The position numbers and the translations under genes are program-made. A stretch of DNA of 64,000 bases from an uncultured Erysipelotrichaceae bacterium. Lineage in GTDB: Bacteria; Bacillota_I; Bacilli_A; RFN20; CAG-826. Below the pieces are notes generated by a model. It did not search any database. It was given only the letters and a program-made list of their open reading frames with translations, and was not told the origin of the DNA. Shown here piece after piece: positions 8,371 to 17,789 of this stretch. Position 1 is the stretch's first letter. Every line of letters begins with the position of its first letter. Location of the stretch: positions 35,738 through 99,737 of the forward strand of contig CADAXQ010000002.1 in assembly GCA_902791935.1 (NCBI GenBank), in the 5' to 3' direction.

Positions 8371-9159
8371 CTAAGCCGTTTTCTCAGGATGCAATCGCAC
8401 TTGTAAAGAAAGTAACCATGGGCAAAGTAAGGCCATCATGACGACTTGGATGGGAGAAGACATCAAAAGCATGGATACAAAGAGCCAATAACTGTACCGG
8501 AACTCTCCGAAATAAAGAAAGAAATAGCAGTAATACGCAAAGGCTTTTGCAAAAACAAGCAATAATAGATCCGATACAAAAGCAAAGAATGCCGTCTCAT
8601 ATAAAGAAGGAATGCTCGAATCCATCGGGCCCCGTTTTTGAAGATGGCGATTCCAAAGGAACAAAACGATGAGTAGTCCGATATCGAGCACTCCATTCAC
8701 GGCTAAAACGACGGGTTTTGTCCAGGCAGGATAATAACCAAACCGGGCATTCAGGATATCGGTACCATAAAAGAAATAGACCAAGACGGCATATTCAAGG
8801 ATTACAAAAGCAAAAAGGATCCATGGCTTCGCAAAAAACGACCGAAAATGTCGGGTAAACCGTTCTAACGCCCAAGGTAAAATGCCAAGCAAAGCATAAG
8901 TAATCGTCAATAAGAAGTTATAAGCCCCTGTCGGCATGATGATGGCGGGAAGAAAATCCGATAACGCACCTACCACTGCCCCATAGATGGGCCCCAAAGA
9001 TAACGAGGCAAGCATGACGACGGTCGGAGTAAAAGAAAAAGACAGGTAACCAAAATGCGGTATGGCAATTAATTTGCTCACCAAACCAAGCACTACCGCA
9101 ACCGCAATGAGCATCGCTGAAGTCGCGACTTTTTCAACTGGGGAATACTTACGGTTCAT
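8371..9159 (-). CDS. ECF S component, folate (FolT)-like family, with extra TM segments
   Basis: AMLIAVAVVL...SFSF.P....LGPIYGAVVGALSD...P.GAY pattern. Translationally coupled to the folC-like gene. Confidence 0.7.
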   Translation of the reverse strand: MNRKYSPVEKVATSAMLIAVAVVLGLVSKLIAIPHFGYLSFSFTPTVVMLASLSLGPIYGAVVGALSDFLPAIIMPTGAYNFLLTITYALLGILPWALERFTRHFRSFFAKPWILFAFVILEYAVLVYFFYGTDILNARFGYYPAWTKPVVLAVNGVLDIGLLIVLFLWNRHLQKRGPMDSSIPSLYETAFFAFVSDLLLLVFAKAFAYYCYFFLYFGEFRYSYWLFVSMLLMSSPIQVVMMALLCPWLLSLQVRLHPEKTA

Positions 9160-10379
9160 AGTGTTAGAGAGGCGCTAAGTTCCTTCACAAACGCTTCGGA
9201 ACCCGTGACTAAAATCCAATCCTCGGGATAAAGATGTTGCAGATTTTGTAATGCCATTTTGGCATCTTCAACATAAGGATAGTCTGCGGTATACAAGAAA
9301 TAATCCATTTCACCTTTGGCAAATGGGTGAGAAAAAGTGGTTAACGTGATGTCTTTGGCGTCCGTGCCTAGACGTGGTAATTCCACCGCAATGTTTTTAT
9401 CGCGCATCGAAGCAAACAAAACGTGAACTGGCTTTCCAGCCGTTAATGGCATCAGGCTTTTCATTAAGGCATCAATGGCTTCGGGATTATGCGCACCATC
9501 AAAAATCACCTGCCGATGCCGTTCCATTCGGTAAGGAAGCGGCTTGACTAATAGTCCTTTTCGTACGGCTTCCTCACTGACAGGGAAACGAAGTTTTAAT
9601 AATTTCGTGGCTTCGATGGCTAAGGCAGCAAAATCAAGCAAGTAACGAGCGGGTGAAAGAATCTCTAGCTTTGTATAAGGCACATAATCAAAGCGGAAAT
9701 ATGGTGCTTGATAAGAGAAATAATGGCAATTATCTACAACCATCACGCTACCCCGCTTCTTCTGGGCTTCGATACGAACGGCTTCCGAAGCGGCGTCGGG
9801 TAACTTCCCGATCAAGCACTGCCCTTGTTCTTTGATGAGCCCTGCTTTTTCGGTGGCAATCTCGGATAACGTTGTCCCAAGCACTGCCGTATGTTCCATG
9901 GAGACAGTGGTGATGATGACGAGTAATGGGCTATGACGTGGCAAGTTCGTCGCGTCATGCTGGCCGCCGATTCCTGCGGTTAAAATGGCTAACGAAACGT
10001 TTTGTTCCGCAAAATAAACGAGGGCGATCCAAAGCAAAATTTCAAAATCCGATAAGGAATAACGAGAGAAATCCTTCTCGTATTGTTCATAAATCCGAAT
10101 AAAATCCCCGTCCGAGATGGCTTTTCCCGAAACGCGGATGTCTTGCTTCGAAGGGGCAAGGCGCGAGACGTTAAAGCAACCAACGGAATATCCAGCTTGT
10201 TGATAGATAGAGGAAAGGTAATGGGCCGTGTCTTCTTTGCCATTACTACCTGTTACGACAATATAAGGATAAGTAAAATCTTGTTTCTGCTTAACGAAGA
10301 AACGTTCCCATTCCTCGTTATCATAACGACGAAAGGAATGACTGGCGGTCAAATTCGCTTTGATGTCTTCTATGGTCAT
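9156..10379 (-). CDS. folC: FolC-like (folylpolyglutamate synthase/Mur ligase fold) protein with degenerate catalytic motifs
   Basis: GSNGK, G.GG..DATN, EH...LG.TLSEIATEKAGLIK, DGAHN and VTGS present. P-loop reads GKED instead of GKGS. Confidence 0.75.
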   Translation of the reverse strand: MTIEDIKANLTASHSFRRYDNEEWERFFVKQKQDFTYPYIVVTGSNGKEDTAHYLSSIYQQAGYSVGCFNVSRLAPSKQDIRVSGKAISDGDFIRIYEQYEKDFSRYSLSDFEILLWIALVYFAEQNVSLAILTAGIGGQHDATNLPRHSPLLVIITTVSMEHTAVLGTTLSEIATEKAGLIKEQGQCLIGKLPDAASEAVRIEAQKKRGSVMVVDNCHYFSYQAPYFRFDYVPYTKLEILSPARYLLDFAALAIEATKLLKLRFPVSEEAVRKGLLVKPLPYRMERHRQVIFDGAHNPEAIDALMKSLMPLTAGKPVHVLFASMRDKNIAVELPRLGTDAKDITLTTFSHPFAKGEMDYFLYTADYPYVEDAKMALQNLQHLYPEDWILVTGSEAFVKELSASLTL

Positions 10380-10382
10380 GGC

Positions 10383-10856
10383 TTATTCCTCATAATCACG
10401 GACACGATTGCCTTTTTGGGCTTCGCGATTTAAATCTTTTTCTTTTAACGCTTCGCGCTTATCGTGAAGTTTCTTTCCTTTCGCAACGGCAATTTCTAAC
10501 TTCGCATAGCCATGGCTTAAGAATAGTTTAACGGGTACGCAAGTGCAGCCCGTGGCCGTGATTTTCTTTTGCAGTCGTCCAATTTCTTGCTTCGTTAATA
10601 ACAATTTCCGATCGCGTAAATGGTTCACATTAAAGATATTGCCTTCGCGGTACGGGGCAATATGCATATTGATCACATAGACTTCTTGGTTACGAATCAC
10701 GATATAAGCGTCGCTGATCGTGGCATTATGGGCCCGTAACGACTTAATTTCAGTACCGGTTAACACCAAGCCAGCCGTCATGAAGTCGCTTAAAAAATAA
10801 TCGTGATATGCCCGACGGTTTTCGAGTAAAACAGAATTATCTTTCTTCCGGCTCAT
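10383..10856 (-). CDS. smpB: SsrA-binding protein
   Basis: NRRAYHDY, GLVLTGTEIKSLR, RKLLL, KGKKLHDKRE. Confidence 0.97.
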   Translation of the reverse strand: MSRKKDNSVLLENRRAYHDYFLSDFMTAGLVLTGTEIKSLRAHNATISDAYIVIRNQEVYVINMHIAPYREGNIFNVNHLRDRKLLLTKQEIGRLQKKITATGCTCVPVKLFLSHGYAKLEIAVAKGKKLHDKREALKEKDLNREAQKGNRVRDYEE

Positions 10857-10899
10857 AATCGTTCCCTGACCTGGTTACGATTATAGCCGATTTCCTTTC

Positions 10900-11565
10900 T
10901 CAAAAGACATAGAGAAGCAAAGAGAAGTACATCAAGATGGTGCCAAGCAAGCAGAAAAGATGGAATACGAAATGTAGCCACTGGCTTTTCTTTGCACCAA
11001 TGCTATAGAGGATGGCGCCTAAGCTATAGGCAAGACCGCCTAGTAATAACAAGAATGTGCCGTTCCAGAATCCAACGGCCATCGTCAACGGGTAGAACGA
11101 AATAATGATGGTCCATCCCATCAAAAGATAATCGATGTAGCAGAACACCTTGAATTTTGTGAGATCGATTGAATTTAAAATGATGCCAAGAATGCCGAGT
11201 CCTAGCACAATCCCATAGATGGAATAACACCAGGCCGGGGAATCTTGTAATCCAACCAAGCAATACGGGGTGTACGTCCCCATAATCAGAATGAAGACGT
11301 TGTTATGATCTAAGACCCGCCAAATTCGTTTTTCATCGGAGGGTGGCAATGCATGATAGATGGCGCTTCCTAAATAAAGCACGCCTGCGCAGATCAAAAA
11401 GGCAACGGCAGAAAGTAACGAAACGATACTTCCACTGCCGGCAGCTTTTTGGATTAAGAAAGGCGCGCCTAAAATGACCAAAATGTAGCCGATAAAGTGT
11501 GAAATTGAATTGGCTCGTTCTTGGGATACGGTGTAACGAGGTAAGGCCGTTTTTCTTGGTTCCAT
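10900..11565 (-). CDS. Hemolysin III/PAQR-family membrane protein
   Basis: ERANSISH, SAIYH, LDH..VFILIMGTYTP, HFVFHLF. About 7 TM segments. Confidence 0.92.
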   Translation of the reverse strand: MEPRKTALPRYTVSQERANSISHFIGYILVILGAPFLIQKAAGSGSIVSLLSAVAFLICAGVLYLGSAIYHALPPSDEKRIWRVLDHNNVFILIMGTYTPYCLVGLQDSPAWCYSIYGIVLGLGILGIILNSIDLTKFKVFCYIDYLLMGWTIIISFYPLTMAVGFWNGTFLLLLGGLAYSLGAILYSIGAKKSQWLHFVFHLFCLLGTILMYFSLLLYVF

Positions 11566-11571
11566 GGCTTC

Positions 11572-11600
11572 ATCATAGAGTCAATTAGTTTCATTGTCAA
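11572..11600 (-). promoter_or_regulatory. Near-consensus sigmaA promoter, leaderless with respect to the hemolysin III gene
   Basis: TTGACA-17-TATGAT, then 6 nt to ATG, no SD. Confidence 0.75.
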
Positions 11601-11681
11601 GATAATCTAGTTTTAATTACTAGATACCATTAGTTTGCACTAACCAAAAAAGGACCTAGACTATACGTTATTCGAGTCATT

Positions 11682-12875
11682 ATGGTTACCTTATTAAGAA
11701 AACTATTCATTCGAAATTACCGTAACGTCCACGACGAAAAAGTACGGACTGCCCATGGTGTCTTAGCCGCTTGGTTTGGCTTAGTGAGCAACTTTTTGCT
11801 GGTGGCAATGAAAATCACGGCTGCCTTATTACTGGCTGCCAAAAGCAACTGGCAGGTTTTCTCTATCGCTTTACTTGCCGACGCCTTAAATAACGTCTCT
11901 GATATGGCGTCTTGCATGGTGACGTTATTTAGTTTCCGCCTTTCTTCCAAGAAACCGGATCAAGAACATCCTTTCGGCCATCAACGGATTGAATACATCG
12001 CCGCATTGATTGTCTCTATCTTGGTCTTATTCGTCGGCATCGAACTCTTGCGAGAATCCATCACCAAGATTGTGGAAGGCACGTTAGTAGACTACGATGC
12101 CTTAACCTTAATCTTCTTAGGAGTCTCTATTTTTATTAAGGTATTACAAGGCTATGTGTATCTTGGCTTAGCAAAATGCATCTCGTCTTTAACACTAAAA
12201 GCCCAAGGCGTAGATGCTTTGATGGACGTGCTAACCACTACTTTAGTCTTGGTGAGCGCCATCTTTGCCATGAGCCCATTACACTGGAACTTCTTAGATG
12301 CTTGGACAGGCTTAGTCGTATCCTTATTTATTATTTATGAAGGCATCATGATGATTAAGGAAGCCTCGGATCCCTTGATCGGTGAACCGAATAACGAAAA
12401 ACTATCCCAAGAGATTCAAAAGAAGGTTTTGTCGCACGATCAGGTTTTAGGCATTCATGACCTTATCATCCATTCTTATGGAACAAGCATCCAATACGTC
12501 ACGTTTGATGTCGAAGTCAATCAGTCGATGAGTTTAGTCAGCGCTCACGAGTTGATTGATACCATTGAACGAGAAATCCGTCATGACTTCCGCGTGCAAG
12601 TTTCCATCCATGTCGACCCTGTGGAAGTCGGGAATCCTACCTATGATACTTATAAGGCACGCGCATTAGCCATCGTGCAATCCGTGGACGAAAAGGCGAG
12701 CATCCACGATTTCCAGATTCAAAAAGGTGCCGAGTTCACCACCATCTCTTTCGACGTCTTGCTCCCTTATGTGGATGACAGCAAACGCAAAGACATCGCG
12801 GACGCCATCAAAACTGAATTCCAAAAAATCGACCCTAAATTTCATTTCTCCATTCAATTTGACCACCCGTATTAA
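11682..12875 (+). CDS. Cation diffusion facilitator (CDF) transporter
   Basis: ALLADALNNVSD, KPDQEHPFGHQRIEY, IHDLIIHSYG, AHELIDTIE, IHVDP. Confidence 0.93.
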   Translation: MVTLLRKLFIRNYRNVHDEKVRTAHGVLAAWFGLVSNFLLVAMKITAALLLAAKSNWQVFSIALLADALNNVSDMASCMVTLFSFRLSSKKPDQEHPFGHQRIEYIAALIVSILVLFVGIELLRESITKIVEGTLVDYDALTLIFLGVSIFIKVLQGYVYLGLAKCISSLTLKAQGVDALMDVLTTTLVLVSAIFAMSPLHWNFLDAWTGLVVSLFIIYEGIMMIKEASDPLIGEPNNEKLSQEIQKKVLSHDQVLGIHDLIIHSYGTSIQYVTFDVEVNQSMSLVSAHELIDTIEREIRHDFRVQVSIHVDPVEVGNPTYDTYKARALAIVQSVDEKASIHDFQIQKGAEFTTISFDVLLPYVDDSKRKDIADAIKTEFQKIDPKFHFSIQFDHPY

Positions 12876-12930
12876 TTTTGGAAAAATCCACAAAACATGC
12901 TAAAATGTGCTTGTTTTGGAGGAAATATCC

Positions 12931-13305
12931 ATGGAGCTTATCGAGTTTTACCGTTGTCCCAATTGCGACAACGTCGTCACCCGTCTTTCTTCCGCATGCG
13001 GCAGAATGATCTGCTGCGGAAGCCAAATGGTCAAATTAGAACCGAAGACCGCTGACTTAGGGCAAGAAAAACACACCCCTGTTTTAACGCATAAAGATGG
13101 TGTGTTAACCGCTGCCTGTGGTTCGGTTCCTCATCCGATGGAGCCAAAGCACTACATCGAATGGATGGCTTTGCAAACGGAAGGACGTCTTGAAATCGTC
13201 TATCTCAAACCGGGCGAAAAAGCCGAAGCTTCATGGCCGGATGTACAGCACGGCGCCGTCTTTGCCTATTGTAATCTCCATGGCCTCTGGGTCACCACCT
13301 TCTAG
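12931..13305 (+). CDS. dfx: Desulfoferrodoxin / superoxide reductase
   Basis: Centre I CxxC...CC and centre II EKH, HPM, HYI, CNLHG. SD GGAGG. Confidence 0.93.
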   Translation: MELIEFYRCPNCDNVVTRLSSACGRMICCGSQMVKLEPKTADLGQEKHTPVLTHKDGVLTAACGSVPHPMEPKHYIEWMALQTEGRLEIVYLKPGEKAEASWPDVQHGAVFAYCNLHGLWVTTF

Positions 13306-13310
13306 CTTCC

Positions 13311-14555
13311 ATGGCGAAGAAACGCGCACTTGTCCTCTGCGGAGGAGGATCTTTAGGAGCCTATGAATTTGGCTGCTGGCAATACTTTAGAGAAAAGAAT
13401 ATGACGTTCGATGCCGTTTATGGCGCCTCGATTGGGGCTTTAAACGGCGCGATGATTGTTTCCGACGCCTTCAATGAAGCCGCCCATTTATGGAATACCA
13501 TTACGGTGAATCAGGTCATTGATAAAGGCATGAATCTCAATGCTGACACGTTAAGCGAATACGGTGCGGAAGGATTATTCCGGTTTGCCCGTTCTTATTT
13601 CCGTAATTCTGGCGCCGATATTTCTCCTTTGGTGGAAGTCGTCAAAAACGCGATCAATCCTCACAAAGTCAAAACAAGTTCCATTCCCTTTGGCATCGTC
13701 ACGACTTCTTATCCTGGCATGAAAGAAAAGGACATCAACGTTCAAAAGGAGTTGTCCGAAGAAGAGATTCTTCCTTACTTGCACGCTTCTAGCGCTTGTT
13801 GGCCAATCTTCCCGATTATGAAGGTTGGAAAGAACCGTTTTGTTGACGGAGGATTTACCAATAACTTACCCATTGATTTCGCTTTAAGAGAAGGCGCGGA
13901 TGAAATCATAGCCATACGGTTAAAATCATATCCACCAACGCCGCAACATGTGGAACTTTGTTCGTTGCCAAACGTCACGACCATCTATTCCCGTCATGAC
14001 TTAGGATCCATTATGGATTTCACACCAGAAGTCTTGAAACGGAATATTCGCTTTGGCTATTTGGATGCCAAAAAGATGTTTGGTGATGCGATTGGATTCG
14101 ATTACACCTTCTCTGATTGGGGACCTTACGAATCCATTGCGGACCACTTCTTCTTAGATTCCATCCGTGAAGATCCATTATGGTTCTCGGCCCTTCAAAA
14201 AGAATTCAGCGACGCGAGAACAAAACCAGAAACATCAAAAGATTATTTCTTGCTAACCATTGAAAGAATGGGAAAATGGTTGTCGATTCCTGAAGATGAA
14301 GAATATTCTTTGGTTGACTTCTTTTCCAAGGTAGTCAACACCGCACGCGAGATTAAGTTATCCCCCAAAGACAGCGTTAAATTCCAGAAAGGTACAAACC
14401 GCGCTTTAACCAAGCAAGAAAAGCCGGCTTACCTTGCCTATCTAAGTCACCAAATCCGTCACCAGCATCAAGTCAAAGGGTTAAAGACGGTTGTCAAACG
14501 CAATCCCGAAATCTTCTTAATTTGCGACTTACTAAAAACCATTCTTACCGCATAA
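13311..14555 (+). CDS. Patatin-like phospholipase with C-terminal extension
   Basis: GGGSLG, GASIG, DGG. Confidence 0.9.
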   Translation: MAKKRALVLCGGGSLGAYEFGCWQYFREKNMTFDAVYGASIGALNGAMIVSDAFNEAAHLWNTITVNQVIDKGMNLNADTLSEYGAEGLFRFARSYFRNSGADISPLVEVVKNAINPHKVKTSSIPFGIVTTSYPGMKEKDINVQKELSEEEILPYLHASSACWPIFPIMKVGKNRFVDGGFTNNLPIDFALREGADEIIAIRLKSYPPTPQHVELCSLPNVTTIYSRHDLGSIMDFTPEVLKRNIRFGYLDAKKMFGDAIGFDYTFSDWGPYESIADHFFLDSIREDPLWFSALQKEFSDARTKPETSKDYFLLTIERMGKWLSIPEDEEYSLVDFFSKVVNTAREIKLSPKDSVKFQKGTNRALTKQEKPAYLAYLSHQIRHQHQVKGLKTVVKRNPEIFLICDLLKTILTA

Positions 14556-14556
14556 G

Positions 14557-14585
14557 AAAAGGCAGCCGAGGCTGCCTTATCTTTT
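14557..14585. terminator. Bidirectional terminator between patatin and gpmA
   Basis: AAGGCAGCC-GA-GGCTGCCTT flanked by A/T runs between convergent genes. Confidence 0.75.
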
Positions 14586-14595
14586 GCTTGTTTTT

Positions 14596-15303
14596 TTACA
14601 AATAGTATTTGTTCAAAACCTTGAGGGTCTTTTCGTCTAATTCATAGACGAGCGGTTTTCCAGTCGGGATTTCGACACTAATGATTTGCGCCGGAGTGAG
14701 ATTCTCAAGCATCATGACGATCGAACGAAGCGAATTGCCATGGGCTGCAATCAAGACGGTTTTGCCCGCTTTGATTTCCGGAGCAATCTTCTCATCGAAA
14801 TATGGTTTTACCCGTTTGGCCGTATCAATCAAGCATTCGGTTAATGGGCAATCATCAAGAGTCATTTCGCCTTTACGGATGAGTTCTTGATATTTTTCTT
14901 GGTTGCCTGGCCAACGTGGATCGTCACGGGTTAACGCGAGCGGCGGAACATCGGCACTGCGACGCCAAATGTGGACTTGCTCTTCGCCCCACTTCTTCGC
15001 AGAGTCAGCTTTGTTGAGTCCTTGAAGAGCGCCATAGTGACGTTCATTGAGACGCCAAGAATAGAATTTCGGGCAATCGGATTGTCCCATTTCTTCTAAG
15101 GCGAAATCCATGGTGTGGTTCGCGCGTTTCAAGACAGAAGAGAATGCCACATCAAAGTGATAGCCATCCTTCTTCAATAATTTGCCCGCTTCATGGGCTT
15201 CTTTCACGCCGTTTTCACTGAGTTCAACATCGGTCCATCCAGTGAAGAGATTCTTTAAGTTCCATTCGGATTGACCATGGCGTAACAAGACTAGTTTGAT
15301 CAT
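14596..15303 (-). CDS. gpmA: 2,3-bisphosphoglycerate-dependent phosphoglycerate mutase
   Basis: [33 protein letters not shown]. Confidence 0.97.
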   Translation of the reverse strand: MIKLVLLRHGQSEWNLKNLFTGWTDVELSENGVKEAHEAGKLLKKDGYHFDVAFSSVLKRANHTMDFALEEMGQSDCPKFYSWRLNERHYGALQGLNKADSAKKWGEEQVHIWRRSADVPPLALTRDDPRWPGNQEKYQELIRKGEMTLDDCPLTECLIDTAKRVKPYFDEKIAPEIKAGKTVLIAAHGNSLRSIVMMLENLTPAQIISVEIPTGKPLVYELDEKTLKVLNKYYL

Positions 15304-15679
15304 AGGTTTATTGTGTTCCTTCCTTAACGAGGAACATTATAGACAATCTTCACCTTCTTATCATGGCAAATCGTCATTACTGGCTTAGAAGAACGCATTC
15401 TCACCGAATTATCGTTTTCTAAGAATTCAAATAGACGATTCGGGAAGCAAAATCCAAAACCCCTACTTTTAGCCCAGTCAGTGAGTAAGTCATCACAAAA
15501 GTCGGGATTTTGAATTATGTGCGACTTAAACTTCAAAATTTGAGCAAACTCGCTTTCATGAAAATTTTCTGAAAAATGAAAATGAATTTTTTATAATTAG
15601 TTTTAAAATACAATGTATATTATAAATATATATTTGTAATACTTTGTATTTACGAATAATATATAAACGAGGTACAGAT

Positions 15680-15889
15680 ATGGATAAGGAAATTATTACG
15701 ATTCGTGTAGATCGCGAAACAAAAGAGGATGCACAAGACTTATTTGACGATATTGGCATCACAATGAGCGCGGCCATCAACATCTTCTTACGGCAATGCG
15801 TAAAAGAAGGGAAAATCCCTTTTGAGCTTGCCAAAAGCAAGACTTCTAATGCTGGCCGGAAGATTAAACCCCTCTATCGGAGCAAATAA
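15680..15889 (+). CDS. RelB/DinJ-family RHH antitoxin-like protein (orphan)
   Basis: ITIRVDRETK..A..LF..IGITMSAAINIFLRQCVKEGKIPFEL. SD GAGG before ATG 15680. Confidence 0.88.
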   Translation: MDKEIITIRVDRETKEDAQDLFDDIGITMSAAINIFLRQCVKEGKIPFELAKSKTSNAGRKIKPLYRSK

Positions 15890-15922
15890 TCTCTTCTAAT
15901 CCTTTTATATATAAGGATAAGG

Positions 15923-15959
15923 AAAAGGCACCCTAGATTGACCTCTAGAGTGCCTTTTT
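15923..15959. terminator. Bidirectional terminator between the relB-like gene and galE
   Basis: AAAAGGCAC.CTAGA...TCTAGAGTGCCTTTT. Confidence 0.8.
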
Positions 15960-15975
15960 AATGTTCAGGCTTGTT

Positions 15976-16992
15976 TTATTGAATGCCGTTTGGATTCATT
16001 TTCTGGAAATGATAGGCATCGCGGCACGCGTCAGCAATGGTGAACCGGGCCTTCCAGCCTAATTCACGATAGGCTTTGTCACAATTCGCATAGTTCACGG
16101 CAACGTCGCCTTCCCGACGTGGAGCAATCACATAAGGAATCTTCACGTGATTGGCTTCTTCGAATGCATGGACAAGCTCTAAGACGGTTGTTCCTTTGCC
16201 AGTTCCTAAGTTATAGATAACCAAACCAGGGTTTTGTTCGAGCTTTTTCAAGGTTGCCACATGGCCTTCGGCTAAATCCACAACGTGAATAAAGTCACGA
16301 ACGCCAGTTCCATCCGGCGTCGGATAATCATTGCCGAACACTTTCAAGCACTTCAATTTGCCGATGGCGACTTGAGAAACATACGGCAATAAGTTATTCG
16401 GAATGCCGTTTGGATCTTCGCCTAAGAGGCCAGATGGGTGGGCACCAATCGGGTTAAAATAACGAAGCAAAGCGATGTTTAACGTCGGATCCGCTTTATA
16501 AACGTCCTTTAAGATACGTTCGATCATGACTTTGGTTTCGCCATAAGGATTGGTGGCTTCGGAGACAGGATCCGTTTCCACTAACGGGACGCGTTCGGGA
16601 ACGCCATATACCGTCGCGCTCGAAGAGAAAATCAAGTTCTTCACGCCATATTTTCGCATCAAATCCACGATCACAAGGGCACTATCGAGATTGTTCCGAT
16701 AATATTCAATCGGCTTATAAACCGATTCGCCGACTGCTTTATAACCAGCAAAGTGAATGACGGCATCGATTTGATTTTCTTGGAAAATTTTCTCAGTTTT
16801 CGCTTGGTCTGTCACATCGACTTCATAGAATTTCGGACGGACATGCGTAATGGTCTCGATTCGGTCCAAAACCGCTAACTTGGCGTTATAAAGATCGTCC
16901 ACGATAATCGGTTGATAACCTTTTTCTAACAACGCAATGACGGTCTCGCTTCCAATAAAGCCTAAACCGCCTGTCACAAGGATATTCTTCAT
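15976..16992 (-). CDS. galE: UDP-glucose 4-epimerase
   Basis: TGGLGFIGS, HFAGYKAVGES, FSSSATVYG, YGETK, LRYFNP, DGTGVRDFIHV. Confidence 0.97.
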   Translation of the reverse strand: MKNILVTGGLGFIGSETVIALLEKGYQPIIVDDLYNAKLAVLDRIETITHVRPKFYEVDVTDQAKTEKIFQENQIDAVIHFAGYKAVGESVYKPIEYYRNNLDSALVIVDLMRKYGVKNLIFSSSATVYGVPERVPLVETDPVSEATNPYGETKVMIERILKDVYKADPTLNIALLRYFNPIGAHPSGLLGEDPNGIPNNLLPYVSQVAIGKLKCLKVFGNDYPTPDGTGVRDFIHVVDLAEGHVATLKKLEQNPGLVIYNLGTGKGTTVLELVHAFEEANHVKIPYVIAPRREGDVAVNYANCDKAYRELGWKARFTIADACRDAYHFQKMNPNGIQ

Positions 16993-17789
16993 TTCGATTT
17001 TCCTTCTTTCTTTTTTGCTTTCTTTGCCGCTTTCTTCTTTTCGGCATCTTTCTGCTTTTCGTTTTCTAGCGTCTTCTTCTCATTGATGGCGTTTTCGTGA
17101 ATCTGGGCCACACGCTCCGCAGCATGTTTGGCTTGGCGCATCTCATGACGAATTTCATGGGAACCGGGTTGGAAATCCTTCTCATCGAAGGAATCGCCAA
17201 TCATATCTTTGGCCAAGTATTGTAGGAGCGCATGCGACATTTGCTGATAAACGGCCGATTGAATCGCCATTCTCATGGCAATGAGTCCAAGAGAATCCCG
17301 GAAATATTGATCGGCTTGTTCCGGGTCTTTCTTCTTGTTCTTTTCATAGGTTTCATAGAACCGTTCTACCCGTAATGCGGTGCGATTCCCGACATCATGG
17401 AAGACGTCTTCCGTCATGTTCTTATAGAACTTATAAAGAACAGATTTATCTGAGCTGACGTCATCATCCATCCCGATTAATAAGGCAATGTCACTCATGG
17501 AAAGGACGCTTTTTAGCGAAGTAATCGCTAAAAGGTATCCCAAATGGTTCACGTTGTATTTCTTTTTATCGGGCTCGGCGATGATCTTTGCTTTCACGTA
17601 GTTATTGACCATGAATGAAGTTAATAACTGGCGGTCTTTTGTGGAAAGAGGTTCTAATGTTTGATTCACATAGGCGACCACCTGTTCCATATATAAAGGA
17701 ATCGAAGGGAGTTCCGCATAAGACGGAAGCGTCACGTTCTTTGTGGAAGCAAGATATTGCCGTAATTCGTCTAGCTCTTTCTCTTTCAT
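16989..17789 (-). CDS. DUF1836-domain protein with Lys-rich tail
   Basis: LP.IPLYMEQV, LTSFMVNNYVK, P.KKKY...H. Confidence 0.85.
   Translation of the reverse strand: MKEKELDELRQYLASTKNVTLPSYAELPSIPLYMEQVVAYVNQTLEPLSTKDRQLLTSFMVNNYVKAKIIAEPDKKKYNVNHLGYLLAITSLKSVLSMSDIALLIGMDDDVSSDKSVLYKFYKNMTEDVFHDVGNRTALRVERFYETYEKNKKKDPEQADQYFRDSLGLIAMRMAIQSAVYQQMSHALLQYLAKDMIGDSFDEKDFQPGSHEIRHEMRQAKHAAERVAQIHENAINEKKTLENEKQKDAEKKKAAKKAKKKEGKSK

Noticed and set aside
9150-10900. THF riboswitch before the folT-like gene, or tmRNA next to smpB
   Set aside because: Genes abut or overlap, leaving no space, and no recognisable motif was seen
15603-15630. dif/Xer site (AATGTATATTAT core)
   Set aside because: The XerD arm (TTATGTTAAAT-like) and XerC arm do not match. 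The match is expected by chance in AT-rich DNA.
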